Source of the DNA: Candidatus Cloacimonadales bacterium
Lineage (GTDB): Bacteria; Cloacimonadota; Cloacimonadia; Cloacimonadales; JAFGVF01
Direction: 5' to 3'
Assembly (NCBI GenBank): GCA_963662585.1
Contig: OY759729.1
Location: 448,001 to 512,000, forward strand
Length of the DNA: 64,000 nt
Shown piece after piece: positions 20,302 through 30,816 of this stretch; positions within the stretch are counted from its first letter, which is position 1; the number at the start of each line of letters is the position of its first letter. Below the pieces are notes generated by a model. It did not search any database, had not been told where the DNA came from, and saw nothing but the letters and a program-made list of their open reading frames with translations. Made by a program: the position numbers and the translations under genes.

Positions 20302-21289
20302 TATTCTTGTCCTTTAAAATATTTAAAAAGTGTTTAACTCTCAGATCAAAAGATTGATTTTGATTGAAATCACCTGCTTGGAAAGTAAACTTATTATTAG
20401 TATAAACAAATCTACCTGCTAAGCCATCTAGCAACATTAAGTGATCAGTTGACTGTCCAAATATAGATTGCAGTTCATTCACATAAAACTTGCCCTCTGA
20501 TGTTTCAAAGATATCAACATCCATAGAGAGGAAATTTCCTTTATCACAAATCTCTTTTGTTAGATAGAGAAGTTCCTCAGAAGGTCTATCCCAGCCCTTG
20601 AGCTTTGAACCACTAGCGAAATCACCTTTTAATAACTTCTTGTGACCAAAATAGGAATCTCCAATTCTTACCATTCTCCATTCCCACTGAACATCTAAAA
20701 ACTCTTGGAGAATAATAAAATGCTTCTGACCACTTCCCTTTGCTTCGAATTTAATAAATTTCCCTGTAGTTTCAGGAGTATATCCCCTTGCTAACTTGGA
20801 ATTATGAGTGCCAAAAACTTTTTTGCCTATGGAAGAAGCAGAGACTTTATTCTTAATAATTTTTACTCCTTTAGCTGTTGAACCAATATTGGTTTTGAAA
20901 ACTAAAGGATATTTTGCCTTGTTAATAAATTCAAAATATTCTTCTTTATCATAAAAAACATAAGTTTTAGCATGTTGAATGTTATTTATTGAGAGCCAAT
21001 AATCCATCATTCTTTTATTTTCATAAATAAACAATTCATCATAACTAGGATATAGGGGTAATTTTAGATATTTATCTATTATATAGAGTCTCTCATCGAA
21101 CATAGTTTTTCTTTCTTGAAATTTAGAAGGAGGACGACACATAAAGCCATCACATTTAGATTTTTTAATATAATCTAACCAATTACAGCTTATGATATCA
21201 ATTACTTCATAATCAATCTTTAAAGATTCGCATGCTCGAATATAGTATTTATGTTGATCACTAAAAGCTTTTAGAATACCTAATTTCAT
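20291..21289 (-). CDS. ATP-grasp (RimK-like) ligase
   Basis: YPLVFKTNIGSTAKGV, LQEFL, EWR, MDVDIF, YVNE. Confidence 0.75.
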   Translation of the reverse strand: MKLGILKAFSDQHKYYIRACESLKIDYEVIDIISCNWLDYIKKSKCDGFMCRPPSKFQERKTMFDERLYIIDKYLKLPLYPSYDELFIYENKRMMDYWLSINNIQHAKTYVFYDKEEYFEFINKAKYPLVFKTNIGSTAKGVKIIKNKVSASSIGKKVFGTHNSKLARGYTPETTGKFIKFEAKGSGQKHFIILQEFLDVQWEWRMVRIGDSYFGHKKLLKGDFASGSKLKGWDRPSEELLYLTKEICDKGNFLSMDVDIFETSEGKFYVNELQSIFGQSTDHLMLLDGLAGRFVYTNNKFTFQAGDFNQNQSFDLRVKHFLNILKDKNNVK

Positions 21290-22335
21290 TTTAATCTCTG
21301 TATATATTTATCAATTACTTCTTTTGCTCTTAAATGCGCCTTTCCGTCTAATGTTCCAAAGATTTTCTCATTGTTGATTTTTCTTTGTTTTCTATGCTTA
21401 GCACCCTTGTCTTGAATTGCTTCCTCTATTACAGGAAGAAGCTCTTCAAAGCTATCTATACGATAAGTCATACTTTCCAACATATCGGTAATCTCTTGGG
21501 AAATTCTTTTCCCTTCTTCTACTCTAAATGTAATCATAGCTTTATCAAGGGCACAGAACTCAGCAATGATAGAACTAATATCACCAATTAAGATATCAGC
21601 TATCATAAGATAGGGTAATACTTCTTTATCTTCAATAAATGTTATACCAGATGTCTCTTTTATTCTAGATTTTACATCAGAAGTTGTCCAATCATGAACA
21701 GTTACTAAGATGTTATATTTATCTTTAAGTTCATCTAATCTATTATACCACAGATTCACAGCTGAGTAAGTTGTTTTATTCCAGGTAGCAGTAAATATAA
21801 GTGTAGCTTTTCTTTTATCTATCTTAAGCTCAGATTTTAGTTTTTCTAGCTCAGAATCTTTTATTGTTCCATCAAAAGCATCATCAATCTTAGGATAGCC
21901 AACACCTAGGCCATTATTAATACCTAATTTCTTAGCTATCTGATTTTCATACTCAGAAGTAAATAGATAGTTGTCAAACTCATTATAATACTTAGAATTA
22001 ATAAAATTCTTGAAATGATAAGGTCCGTGTCTCAATCCTATTTTAGCTATACTTTTAAGAGGGAACTTTCTTGCTGAGTGGCGACACATAACGACAATAT
22101 CAGGATAAGTAGGATATACTATTGATTTTACTCCATATTCACTAAGGGCTTTTTTAATCTTTCTATTTTTAGCCACAATTCGCATCTCAGGAAAATGTTC
22201 AATGACTTTTTTTATGCAGATATAATCAACAATATTCCCGCAATAAAAATCAACATTTTTCTTTTTCTTAAACAGCTTAGAAGAATACCAAGCTAGCAAA
22301 TAGGGGTAATAAATAATATATTTAGAGATATTCAT
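21286..22335 (-). CDS. CDP-glycerol glycerophosphotransferase family (TagB/TagF-like)
   Basis: RHG, GYPKID, IFTATW, ADILIGDISSIIAEF, DGKA. Confidence 0.8.
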   Translation of the reverse strand: MNISKYIIYYPYLLAWYSSKLFKKKKNVDFYCGNIVDYICIKKVIEHFPEMRIVAKNRKIKKALSEYGVKSIVYPTYPDIVVMCRHSARKFPLKSIAKIGLRHGPYHFKNFINSKYYNEFDNYLFTSEYENQIAKKLGINNGLGVGYPKIDDAFDGTIKDSELEKLKSELKIDKRKATLIFTATWNKTTYSAVNLWYNRLDELKDKYNILVTVHDWTTSDVKSRIKETSGITFIEDKEVLPYLMIADILIGDISSIIAEFCALDKAMITFRVEEGKRISQEITDMLESMTYRIDSFEELLPVIEEAIQDKGAKHRKQRKINNEKIFGTLDGKAHLRAKEVIDKYIQRLK

Positions 22336-22728
22336 CTATTTATTTCCTCTAATCCCATCTTTGATTTCAGTAGAAGAGATATTAGGTGTTCTTTCTAAGT
22401 AAACTACCTGGCAATAATCTTTAACGAAATCAAATTTACCCTTCCAGTCATCACCCATAACCAAAATATCTATTTTATGTTTAATGATATCATCTATCTT
22501 TTGCTCCCAATTATTTTCGGGAATCACCTCATCAACATACTTGATAGATTTAACTATTTCAGCTCTTTCATTATAGGGATAAGTGCTTTTTTTATTTTTT
22601 AGAACATTAAACTCATCTGTTGAGACTGCCACGATTAAGTAGTCTCCTAAAGCTTTTGCTCTTTCAAGAATTCTTAAATGACCATAATGAAAGAGATCAT
22701 AAGTTCCGTAAGTTAGTACTTTGACCAT
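22336..22728 (-). CDS. tagD: Glycerol-3-phosphate cytidylyltransferase
   Basis: TYGTYDLFHYGH, STDEFN, WEQK, MGDDW, RTPNISST. Confidence 0.93.
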   Translation of the reverse strand: MVKVLTYGTYDLFHYGHLRILERAKALGDYLIVAVSTDEFNVLKNKKSTYPYNERAEIVKSIKYVDEVIPENNWEQKIDDIIKHKIDILVMGDDWKGKFDFVKDYCQVVYLERTPNISSTEIKDGIRGNK

Positions 22729-22729
22729 T

Positions 22730-23113
22730 TTATTTGTCCTTATATTCTACATATTCCTTTTCTTCAACAAGGGAGGAGCCATATTTCAAGTTTATTTTTT
22801 TCTTGATTTCAGCTCTTACATCATTTTCGAAATATACAGATCTAGCAATTTCTATAAATTCACTATCAAACTCATTCTTTTGCTCTTTAATTCTGATATT
22901 ATCTTCTATATGCCAAAGATTAACATTCACAGCTCTTAACTCTTTAAATTCCTCAGAGTCTTCATTAATTCCGATTTCTTCTATATTTTTGATTAAAGTA
23001 TCATACTCTTTCTGAACATTTTTCTTCTTATTTAAGTCTTTGAATTTTTCTAGTTTTATGGATAATATAGTAACTTTATCAACAACTTCACCAATTGAAA
23101 CTTCTACCAACAT
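22730..23113 (-). CDS. DUF6165-like conserved protein
   Basis: VSIGEVVDKVTILSIK, LWHIEDNIR, ARSVYFENDVR, EEKEY. Confidence 0.75.
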   Translation of the reverse strand: MLVEVSIGEVVDKVTILSIKLEKFKDLNKKKNVQKEYDTLIKNIEEIGINEDSEEFKELRAVNVNLWHIEDNIRIKEQKNEFDSEFIEIARSVYFENDVRAEIKKKINLKYGSSLVEEKEYVEYKDK

Positions 23114-23127
23114 ATTAATTCTCCTAT

Positions 23128-25014
23128 CTATTTAAATTGCAAATCATATAGTTCTTTATATCTTTTGCAGCTAGTTAATAACTCTTCATGTTTCCCAATA
23201 CCAACTATCTTACCTGATTCCATTACGATTATTTTATCACAACCAATGATTGTTGAAAGTCTATGGGCAATCATAATCACAGTTCTATTCTGAGTTGCTT
23301 TTTCAATAGCAATTTGAACATTATTTTCTGAATCAGTATCCAAAGCACTTGTTGCTTCATCAAATATAAGTATGGGTGGATTACCAATAACTGCTCGAGC
23401 AATACAAATTCTTTGTTTTTGACCACCAGAGAGATTAGAACCTTTAGAATCTAACATCTGATCATATCCATTATCTAGTTTTTCAATAAACTCACGAGCA
23501 TAAGCTATTTCAGCAGATGCAATAATATCATCTCTGCTTACTTCTTCTCTAGCGCCATAACTAATATTATTAGCAATAGTATCGCTAAAGAGTATTGAGT
23601 CTTGAGTTACAAGTCCAAATAGTGCCCTAAGATCAGCAGTCTTTATTTTACTTATGGGAATTCCATCCATGGTTATTAAGCCACTGTTATAGTCATAAAG
23701 ACGATTTATTAGATTAATTATGGTTGATTTCCCTGAGCCAGAAGAACCAACTATTCCCACACTCTCGCCTCTTTTTATTTCAAAAGAAACTCCATTTATT
23801 ACAGGGCTATTCTTTTGATAACCAAAAACTACATTCTTCAAAGCGATAGAATCAGTGAATTCTTTCTTATCCACCGGATTAGGATCTTCTTTAATCTCCT
23901 GCTCAAGATGTATGACTTCAGCAACTCTATCGAGTGAAACATTTGCTTTTTTAAAATCTGTATAAGCTTTAGTAAGAACCTTTAGCGGGTGTAACATAGA
24001 AAAAACAGCAGCAAGAAAGGCTGTAAAACTACCCAGTGAAAAATCTGATTGATCATTAACAATCATTCTAGCACCTAATAATATAACTATAATTCCCGTT
24101 ACCATGGAGGTCATCTCAGCAAGGGGAACATTTAAAGCAGCATAAATCTGACTTTTAATCTTTAAATTCATATATCTATTATTAATTGAGCTCATTCTGT
24201 CTTGCTCATATTTCTCTTTGGAAAAAGCTTTAACAATTTTCATACTACTTAACACTTCTTCTATATTGGAAAAGAGTGTAGATGCTTGACCTTGAATTCT
24301 CTTAGCATATTTCTTAATCTTTTTACCTAGGAAGCTTACAGCAAAAGAGAAAATAGGGACAATTATCAAACTCATCAAAAAAAGCTGAGTATTAATAAAC
24401 ATAGCGATAAAAACAAAGATAAATACTGTCAAAAGATCTCTAAAAATATTAAAAATAGAGGTAATATAAAGTTCACTTATCATATTCACATCATTAACCA
24501 TTCTAACAATAGAATCGCCAACCCTATTCTTATTGAAAAAGGCTACTGATTGCTTTAAATAGCTATCAAAGATTTCATTTCTTACATCCCTAATAACCTT
24601 AGATTTCAAAGCAGTAAAAGAATACCTATTTATCATATAGAAGAGGTTCTTAAATAAAAGAGCAACAAAGATAACTATTAGAACTAGATATAGTAATTGA
24701 ATAGGAGAAGAATCCTCAAACACTCCTCGATAATTATCAAGCAGAATATCTAAGCTACTTTTATGAAAGAGACTAAAATCTTTAGAAGCAAAAAAATCAG
24801 TAGTTGTTTTGGTCAAAGCTCCCATTATTTCACTACTATTAGTATAAATCACTTCTCTATCTAAATTTGTAAAGACATAATCAAAAAGAGGTACTAACAG
24901 AGTTATTGTTGCTCCGCTAAACATAGCAAAGAAAATCATGGTTATTATTCCAATCACTAAATTTCTTTTATAATTAAATATCTTAGTCGTTATAATTTTT
25001 ACTTTTTTACTCAT
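23128..25014 (-). CDS. MsbA-like type IV ABC exporter (TMD-NBD fusion)
   Basis: N-terminal TM helices; GSSGSGKST, LSGGQKQR, DEATSALD, IAHRLST; heads a glycolipid-modification gene run. Confidence 0.88.
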   Translation of the reverse strand: MSKKVKIITTKIFNYKRNLVIGIITMIFFAMFSGATITLLVPLFDYVFTNLDREVIYTNSSEIMGALTKTTTDFFASKDFSLFHKSSLDILLDNYRGVFEDSSPIQLLYLVLIVIFVALLFKNLFYMINRYSFTALKSKVIRDVRNEIFDSYLKQSVAFFNKNRVGDSIVRMVNDVNMISELYITSIFNIFRDLLTVFIFVFIAMFINTQLFLMSLIIVPIFSFAVSFLGKKIKKYAKRIQGQASTLFSNIEEVLSSMKIVKAFSKEKYEQDRMSSINNRYMNLKIKSQIYAALNVPLAEMTSMVTGIIVILLGARMIVNDQSDFSLGSFTAFLAAVFSMLHPLKVLTKAYTDFKKANVSLDRVAEVIHLEQEIKEDPNPVDKKEFTDSIALKNVVFGYQKNSPVINGVSFEIKRGESVGIVGSSGSGKSTIINLINRLYDYNSGLITMDGIPISKIKTADLRALFGLVTQDSILFSDTIANNISYGAREEVSRDDIIASAEIAYAREFIEKLDNGYDQMLDSKGSNLSGGQKQRICIARAVIGNPPILIFDEATSALDTDSENNVQIAIEKATQNRTVIMIAHRLSTIIGCDKIIVMESGKIVGIGKHEELLTSCKRYKELYDLQFK

Positions 25015-25359
25015 ATTAACCTTTTACATTTTTATTTGAATCATTTTTATTGTTTAACTTTTTTTGTCAATATGTTTGATTATTAGTGATACTGGGATTA
25101 AGAAAAGAATACTTCATCTCTCGATTTCTACTTCACTCTTTAACCTTCTCCTTTGCTCCATTACTGTCATCACAACAATAAATTGAATAATCATAGAGTA
25201 AAGTGAGATGGAGCAAGGAAGGAGGAAATAAGATCTACCACACATCTGTTGGGTTTCTTTACTGGGAGTGTGGGACTTCGGCCTGTATCTTTGCTTCTTA
25301 GGCAGCTGAAATACAGCCTGATGCAAGCAGAGATGCTTCTATTGTCCATAAGAAAAAAT

Positions 25360-25548
25360 GGCAATCTTTCAAGTAAAGTGGGTCTTAGAAAAAAAAGTAA
25401 TATAAGTATCTTTGAAGTATGCTAAGTTCACAAGAGATACAGGACTGTAAAAATACATCATTCTACCAGCTGCTGAGGCGGCGAAGAAGATTTTGAAGTT
25501 TCTTGATTTACTATTAGATTTAGTTCCCACTCCGCTTGAGAGAGAGCC
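25360..25548 (-). mobile_element. MITE, short copy (189 bp) lacking the tandem array
   Basis: Reverse complement aligns to 9464-9527 + 9776-9899; ends GGCAATCTTTCAAGTAAAGTGGG / GGCTCTCTCTCAAGCGGAGTGGG (17/23); flanks A-rich but not a perfect duplication. Confidence 0.82.
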
Positions 25549-25574
25549 AAAAAGAATCCCGATATCTAAGATTT

Positions 25575-25622
25575 CACCCTCTTTTAGCATATATTCTGCA
25601 CTAAAGCAGGGAGTTAAAGAGG
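25575..25622 (+). repeat. Diverged partial copy of palindromic block A
   Basis: CCCTCTTTTAGC...GCACTAAAGCAGGGAGTTAAAGAGG matches the 3' half of 62179-62249 and 62423-62493. Confidence 0.7.
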
Positions 25623-25642
25623 CTGTTCGCTACTACATTACG

Positions 25643-25670
25643 AAAATAAGCCCCGCATTTAGCGAGGCTT
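25643..25670 (-). terminator. Intrinsic terminator of the 1671-aa gene
   Basis: AAGCCTCGC-TAAAT-GCGGGGCTT-ATTTT on the minus strand. Confidence 0.75.
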
Positions 25671-25821
25671 ATATATTTTTATTTATGGAAGTGCCTGCAA
25701 GGATGCAAGCGTTCCCAGTGAAGATGCCTGCAAGGATACAAGCGTTCCCAGTGAAGATGCCTGCAAGATGAAGGCGCTCCCAGTGGGTGCTTCCAGTTTT
25801 TTATTTCATCAGGATCATTTT
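25648..25821 (-). repeat. 3' cassette copy 1: KMILMK-stop + three roughly 33-bp REP-like units + terminator
   Basis: Reverse complement of 34474-34614 with one extra 33-bp unit. Confidence 0.93.
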
Positions 25822-28800
25822 TCTAGATGAAGTATATTGGCCTGATTTCATTTTATAGAAGTAGACGCCCGAAGAAACGCTCTTACCACTTTCGTCAGTA
25901 CCATTCCAAGCAATTGTATGATTTCCTTTTTCTTGGTAACCATTAACAAGAGATTTAACTTTTTGACCTTTTAGATTGAAGATATCAAGAGTAACATTTC
26001 CTGCTTTTTGCATTGAATAAGTAATTGAAGTTTCAGGATTGAATGGGTTAGGATAGTTCTGAGCTAAACCGTTTAAAACAGGACTTGCTTGAGAATCATC
26101 GTTATCAACACCATCTTCAGTAGAATCAACTCTGAAATTATCCACTAAGAATACGAAGGCATTAGCACTTACACATTGGATAGCGAATCTAACAGTATTT
26201 CCGACTAATTGACTAACATTGAAGTAGTAAGGAGTCCATTCAGTTGGCGCTTCTAGGTAATCAACACCTTGGTGTAAAGAGTATTGGAAATCAGAGACTT
26301 CACTTCCACCAAGAGACATTTTGACTCTAAATCTTTCTAAACCATATTCGTCAGTATGACTTTTCGCATAGAATGAGACAACTGTGGTAGTACCAACTGT
26401 TATTGCTGGAGTAATAATCCAGTCATCATTAACCCCTTCAGAAGAAGCGAAAGATGCTAAGAATTTATCACCTTCATAAGGGTTCATATCTGTAATAGGT
26501 GGAGTTGTAGCTGATGGATTAAATACTATGTATGACATAGCTTCACCAGCATTTTCAAACTCAACATTACTGATACCATAAGTAGAACCACCGTCAACAT
26601 CATGTTGAATCCAATTTCCGAGGTTTAGAGCGAAATCAGGATGTGATTCAAAATCATCTCCCCATAATGCTTCCCCATCATTAAAGTAAGTAATGGAAAC
26701 AGTGTTTGAAGGAAGAGATTGTCCATTTGGTTCTTCATAAACACCAACTACATAATAACTATATTCTTGACCTACTACAACATCAGCATCGTTATAGGAA
26801 TTAGTACCAATTTCAATAGCTTCAGGATTAATTTGTTCCCCATCTCTATAAACACTATAGCTTACAAGATATCTTTCATACTCAGGTTCTTCCCAAGTTA
26901 GTTCAACAAATCCTGTACTATTAGTAGCAACTAAGTTGAATGGAGCATTATAGTCATAATTATAATTCGCATCAACAAAGAGATTGTAAAGTCCTGTATC
27001 ATCTCTAGTTAATCTATCATTCTCTCCGTTTAAGTTCTTTCTAGTATTAGCAGTAACACCTGCAGGATAAACAGAAGTTTCAGCCACTCTTAAGTAGTAA
27101 TCACCACTTATTGGTAAAACATGTTCAATATTTGATCCATTAGCTATAGACTCACTTCCTATAATCTCGGTAGGATTGGTAACTGGGCCATAAAGCCAAG
27201 CTCTAACATTAATATTTGAACCTGTAGCAGTTGTTGTTTGAACTAATAAAGTATCACCAATACCCATGGCAGGGATTTTATACCAGTCAATATCGCCAAC
27301 AGGCATAATTGCATAGGTATCTCCGTTTACAGGTAGTGTCAAGCTAGTTGCATCTTCAGCTTGATCATTACCATCATCAGCATAAGCATAAGCACTTAAA
27401 GCAATAATATGTGTTTGTCTGGTAACATTATCAATAACTTCTAAGTTAGCAGTTTTAGTACCTTCTGAGTTTGGATTAAAACTGACTCCAATAGTTGCAG
27501 TATCCATAAAAGGAAGAACTACTGGGTAAGTATTATTATCTGTAGTTATAGAGAACTGATCTGCATCTTCACCTGTAATTACTGGAGCATTAGCAACAGT
27601 AACATCAGATAAACCAACTGATCTCATAGTAATTGTTTTTTCTGATGAAAGAGCATCGACAGCTGTCATATCAAAAATAGTTGAGACAGGGGATACTATC
27701 ATATCAGCACCTTCAGGAACTTCACCAAACTGTAATTTCACATTTGGATATGAGTTACGCATATAATTAGCAGTAAGAGGAGCTGTAGGATCTGGGATTA
27801 CAGAATCACTATAATATAAGATACTTCTTGTTTCAGTTGTTGCAGTACAATAGAATTCATCATTTGATGCATGATAATCAGGATTAGAATGGAATACAGC
27901 AACTACGAGGTTTTGGGTATTGTCATAAACAAATGGCATATCTAACTGAGTTTCAACCCAACCATCTTCAGCAGGAACAGTAATTGTACCTGTGAAAACT
28001 TCTGTTAATTCAGCAATGTCAATCCAATCAGAACTTGTAGCAAAACTTGTTTCATTAGTATGACCTAAGAAAATTCTCATTTCATCAGGACCCCAGGCAG
28101 AATTGCCATTGAAATGCCAACTAATATCTTCAATTCTTTGACCTGTAATTCCAATCTCATTAGCAAGATAAATGCTTTGTGAATAAGAGTGTCTATAATA
28201 TGGTTCAAATGGTAAGCCCTGATTAGTTAGGACACCATCACCAATTACAGCGACACCTTCAGGAAGAGCAGGAAGAACAAAAGCAGTTGCGTTAATTGTT
28301 AAACTAGGCATGTTATCGGCATTAGTTTCAACTAGGAAAGAACCTGTATATTCACCTTCAACTGCTGGATTAAAGGTAACAATAATGTCAGTATTATTAC
28401 CTGTAGTAACTGTTACTTGTGGATTTTCAAAGGTAAAAATACCATCTTCAGATGAGAGATCTACTATTAAGTCTTCAGCTCCCATATTTGCTACATTGAA
28501 AGTTTCTACTCCAGTTCTATTTAAATATATATTACCGAAAGCTAGTTCAGTAGGAGTAATATCAGCATCAGCTCCAGAAGGGATATTTTCAATTGTTACA
28601 TTATCAATATAGATAGTTTTATAGGTTGTGTTATTACCAATATAGTCAAAACATAACATATTATCACCTTCAGGAATCTCATTGAAATTAACATAGAATA
28701 TCTGGTATTCAACAGTTAATGGCATAGTAATGATTTCATTATAGGCAGAAGCATCATAATTTGAAGAAGATGAACCAACTCCTAATACGACATCAGCAGC

Positions 28801-30816
28801 ACTTGCACGAGCATAGAATTTAACTCTTTTAGTATTCATGTCAGCTAATGGAGGAGTAATTAATTTTAAATCAGCAGGAGCTACATCGCCAGAATTATAC
28901 ATTCTTAATGATTTTTCACCTTCATAAGGATTTAAGGTATAAACATTGGCATAAGCAGTAGCTGTGCTATTAATTATGGTATTCCAATCTGTAGGAATTT
29001 CATTTGTTTCAACATCTTCGAAACCTTCAAAGTAAGGAAATTCACTAATCATTGCATCATAACCACTAGCAGTTAAAGGAAGAATAGTTTCACTTCCTTC
29101 AGAATCAGTAATTATAATATTTGCAGTAAAATCACCTACTGTTACTGGCATAAAATTAACTGTGAATTGAGCTACATTAGTAGTTAAGGCTAAAGGATAT
29201 TCATTATCATCAGTTAAAGAAAATTCAGAATCACCACTTATTGCTAGGCTATTTATAGTTAATGTACCAAGTCCACTATTTCTTAATGAGAAAATAGCAG
29301 GAATAGCTGAAGTACCCATTATAGTAGGGTTCCAAGCATATTCACTAGGATTAACCATAAGTTGAGGTTCAGTAGGTATATCACCAAAATTAATCATAGT
29401 ATTTGGGAATGAAGTTCTTAAAGTTCCTGCTTCAGGAGCTATGAAATCATAATTAACGCTATCACTATGTTTTTCTAAACTTTGGTTTCCTTCAGTTTGA
29501 GTACAGAAGAATTCATCACTACTTGTTGAAAAACCCACTGTATTTGATTCAAAAGCAACTAATAAATTCTGAGTATTATTATAATTAAATGGTACTTCAA
29601 GAGCAATAGTAACCCAACCTTCAGAAGCTGGCACAGATAGAGGTCCATCATATACTAACAATAATTGATCTTGAGCTACCCAACTTGTATTATCTGCAAA
29701 AGCATCTAAATCAGTATGAGCCATCCAGATTTGTACATTTTCTTCAGTCCATTCTGAATTGCCATTATAATAATAGGAAATCTCTTCAATTCTTTGATTT
29801 TCAGTGTTTATCCATTCTTGTAAATAGATAGTTTGAGAAATTGTGTAACCAAAGTATGGTTCCATTGGTAAGCCTTGATTAGCTAACACACCATTACCAA
29901 TAACTAAAGAACCCTCTTCAGCAGGAGTAGTAAAGCTAAAGATTTGACTTGTTGCAGTGTATTCAGAAGTTGAATTTTTTGATACAACTTTCCAGTAATA
30001 GCTAGTGATATTTTCTAATTCAGTAACACTGTAAGTAGTTTCAGAGATATTCTCTGCAATCAAAGCTGAAGCATCTGATGAAGTAACTAAGTCTTGGCTA
30101 TCACTAAGATAGACATCATAAGATTCAGTGTTTTCGCCACTTGTCCATTCTAAAGAAACAGGTAAATCTACATTCATAGCCCCATTACTAGGTTCTGTTA
30201 GAGTTGCAAAAGTTGGAGCTCCTTCTGATGTAAAGTGAAGTCTTGTACATGGGAAGTAATTAACTAATGTTCCCTCTAAAGCAGGAAATTCATTGTCTGC
30301 ATATTTATATAGACTTCTAAAGTCATTTTCTTCAACAGTACATTTAGCAAAAACAGGATAACTTGAAGCATAATCTCCGTCGTTATTGATAAAGAAGACT
30401 TCTAAATTATCAGTACCATTGTAAGAAAATTCACTATCAAGTGGAATTTCTACCCAACCTGAGCCATTATAATTGATTTCACCATCAAAAACTAATTGAT
30501 ATGTATCATCAGTAGTTGGGTCAAGGTAAGCATTTGAATCTAAAGATTCAGCACTTGTGTGTTTTAAATAAATTTGTTGGTTTGGCATTAAATAGTTAGC
30601 CGGGGTATTAGTTACTAAATAACTAATCGCATTGATATCAATAGCAAGATTGATATCTTCACTTTTGTAAAGAACTCGTGACCAACCAAAGTCATAAAAG
30701 CCATTGGCAGGCATGTAGTTAGTCGTGCCATCTTGCGTTCCAATTTCTACATTAAGAGCAGAAAGTGAAACAAGAAACAGTAAAATTAATGTTGTAAAAA
30801 ACATCTTTTTACGCAT
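25801..30816 (-). CDS. Large secreted surface/adhesin-like protein (FN3, Ig/choice-of-anchor D, cleaved-adhesin/choice-of-anchor J, C-terminal sorting domain)
   Basis: Signal peptide; three internal 'IG.G......P...Y....SQ.IY' repeats; DDFESH...WIQHDVDG...NDDWIITP; QNYPNPFNPET...RKMILMK; RBS AAGGAG. Confidence 0.88.
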   Translation of the reverse strand: MRKKMFFTTLILLFLVSLSALNVEIGTQDGTTNYMPANGFYDFGWSRVLYKSEDINLAIDINAISYLVTNTPANYLMPNQQIYLKHTSAESLDSNAYLDPTTDDTYQLVFDGEINYNGSGWVEIPLDSEFSYNGTDNLEVFFINNDGDYASSYPVFAKCTVEENDFRSLYKYADNEFPALEGTLVNYFPCTRLHFTSEGAPTFATLTEPSNGAMNVDLPVSLEWTSGENTESYDVYLSDSQDLVTSSDASALIAENISETTYSVTELENITSYYWKVVSKNSTSEYTATSQIFSFTTPAEEGSLVIGNGVLANQGLPMEPYFGYTISQTIYLQEWINTENQRIEEISYYYNGNSEWTEENVQIWMAHTDLDAFADNTSWVAQDQLLLVYDGPLSVPASEGWVTIALEVPFNYNNTQNLLVAFESNTVGFSTSSDEFFCTQTEGNQSLEKHSDSVNYDFIAPEAGTLRTSFPNTMINFGDIPTEPQLMVNPSEYAWNPTIMGTSAIPAIFSLRNSGLGTLTINSLAISGDSEFSLTDDNEYPLALTTNVAQFTVNFMPVTVGDFTANIIITDSEGSETILPLTASGYDAMISEFPYFEGFEDVETNEIPTDWNTIINSTATAYANVYTLNPYEGEKSLRMYNSGDVAPADLKLITPPLADMNTKRVKFYARASAADVVLGVGSSSSNYDASAYNEIITMPLTVEYQIFYVNFNEIPEGDNMLCFDYIGNNTTYKTIYIDNVTIENIPSGADADITPTELAFGNIYLNRTGVETFNVANMGAEDLIVDLSSEDGIFTFENPQVTVTTGNNTDIIVTFNPAVEGEYTGSFLVETNADNMPSLTINATAFVLPALPEGVAVIGDGVLTNQGLPFEPYYRHSYSQSIYLANEIGITGQRIEDISWHFNGNSAWGPDEMRIFLGHTNETSFATSSDWIDIAELTEVFTGTITVPAEDGWVETQLDMPFVYDNTQNLVVAVFHSNPDYHASNDEFYCTATTETRSILYYSDSVIPDPTAPLTANYMRNSYPNVKLQFGEVPEGADMIVSPVSTIFDMTAVDALSSEKTITMRSVGLSDVTVANAPVITGEDADQFSITTDNNTYPVVLPFMDTATIGVSFNPNSEGTKTANLEVIDNVTRQTHIIALSAYAYADDGNDQAEDATSLTLPVNGDTYAIMPVGDIDWYKIPAMGIGDTLLVQTTTATGSNINVRAWLYGPVTNPTEIIGSESIANGSNIEHVLPISGDYYLRVAETSVYPAGVTANTRKNLNGENDRLTRDDTGLYNLFVDANYNYDYNAPFNLVATNSTGFVELTWEEPEYERYLVSYSVYRDGEQINPEAIEIGTNSYNDADVVVGQEYSYYVVGVYEEPNGQSLPSNTVSITYFNDGEALWGDDFESHPDFALNLGNWIQHDVDGGSTYGISNVEFENAGEAMSYIVFNPSATTPPITDMNPYEGDKFLASFASSEGVNDDWIITPAITVGTTTVVSFYAKSHTDEYGLERFRVKMSLGGSEVSDFQYSLHQGVDYLEAPTEWTPYYFNVSQLVGNTVRFAIQCVSANAFVFLVDNFRVDSTEDGVDNDDSQASPVLNGLAQNYPNPFNPETSITYSMQKAGNVTLDIFNLKGQKVKSLVNGYQEKGNHTIAWNGTDESGKSVSSGVYFYKMKSGQYTSSRKMILMK

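Noticed and set aside
25493..25771. 92-aa ORF with PARMQAFPVKM repeats, and ORFs 34954-35151 and 34995-35177
   Set aside because: These are translations of palindromic DNA repeats; the first is antisense to a terminator region.
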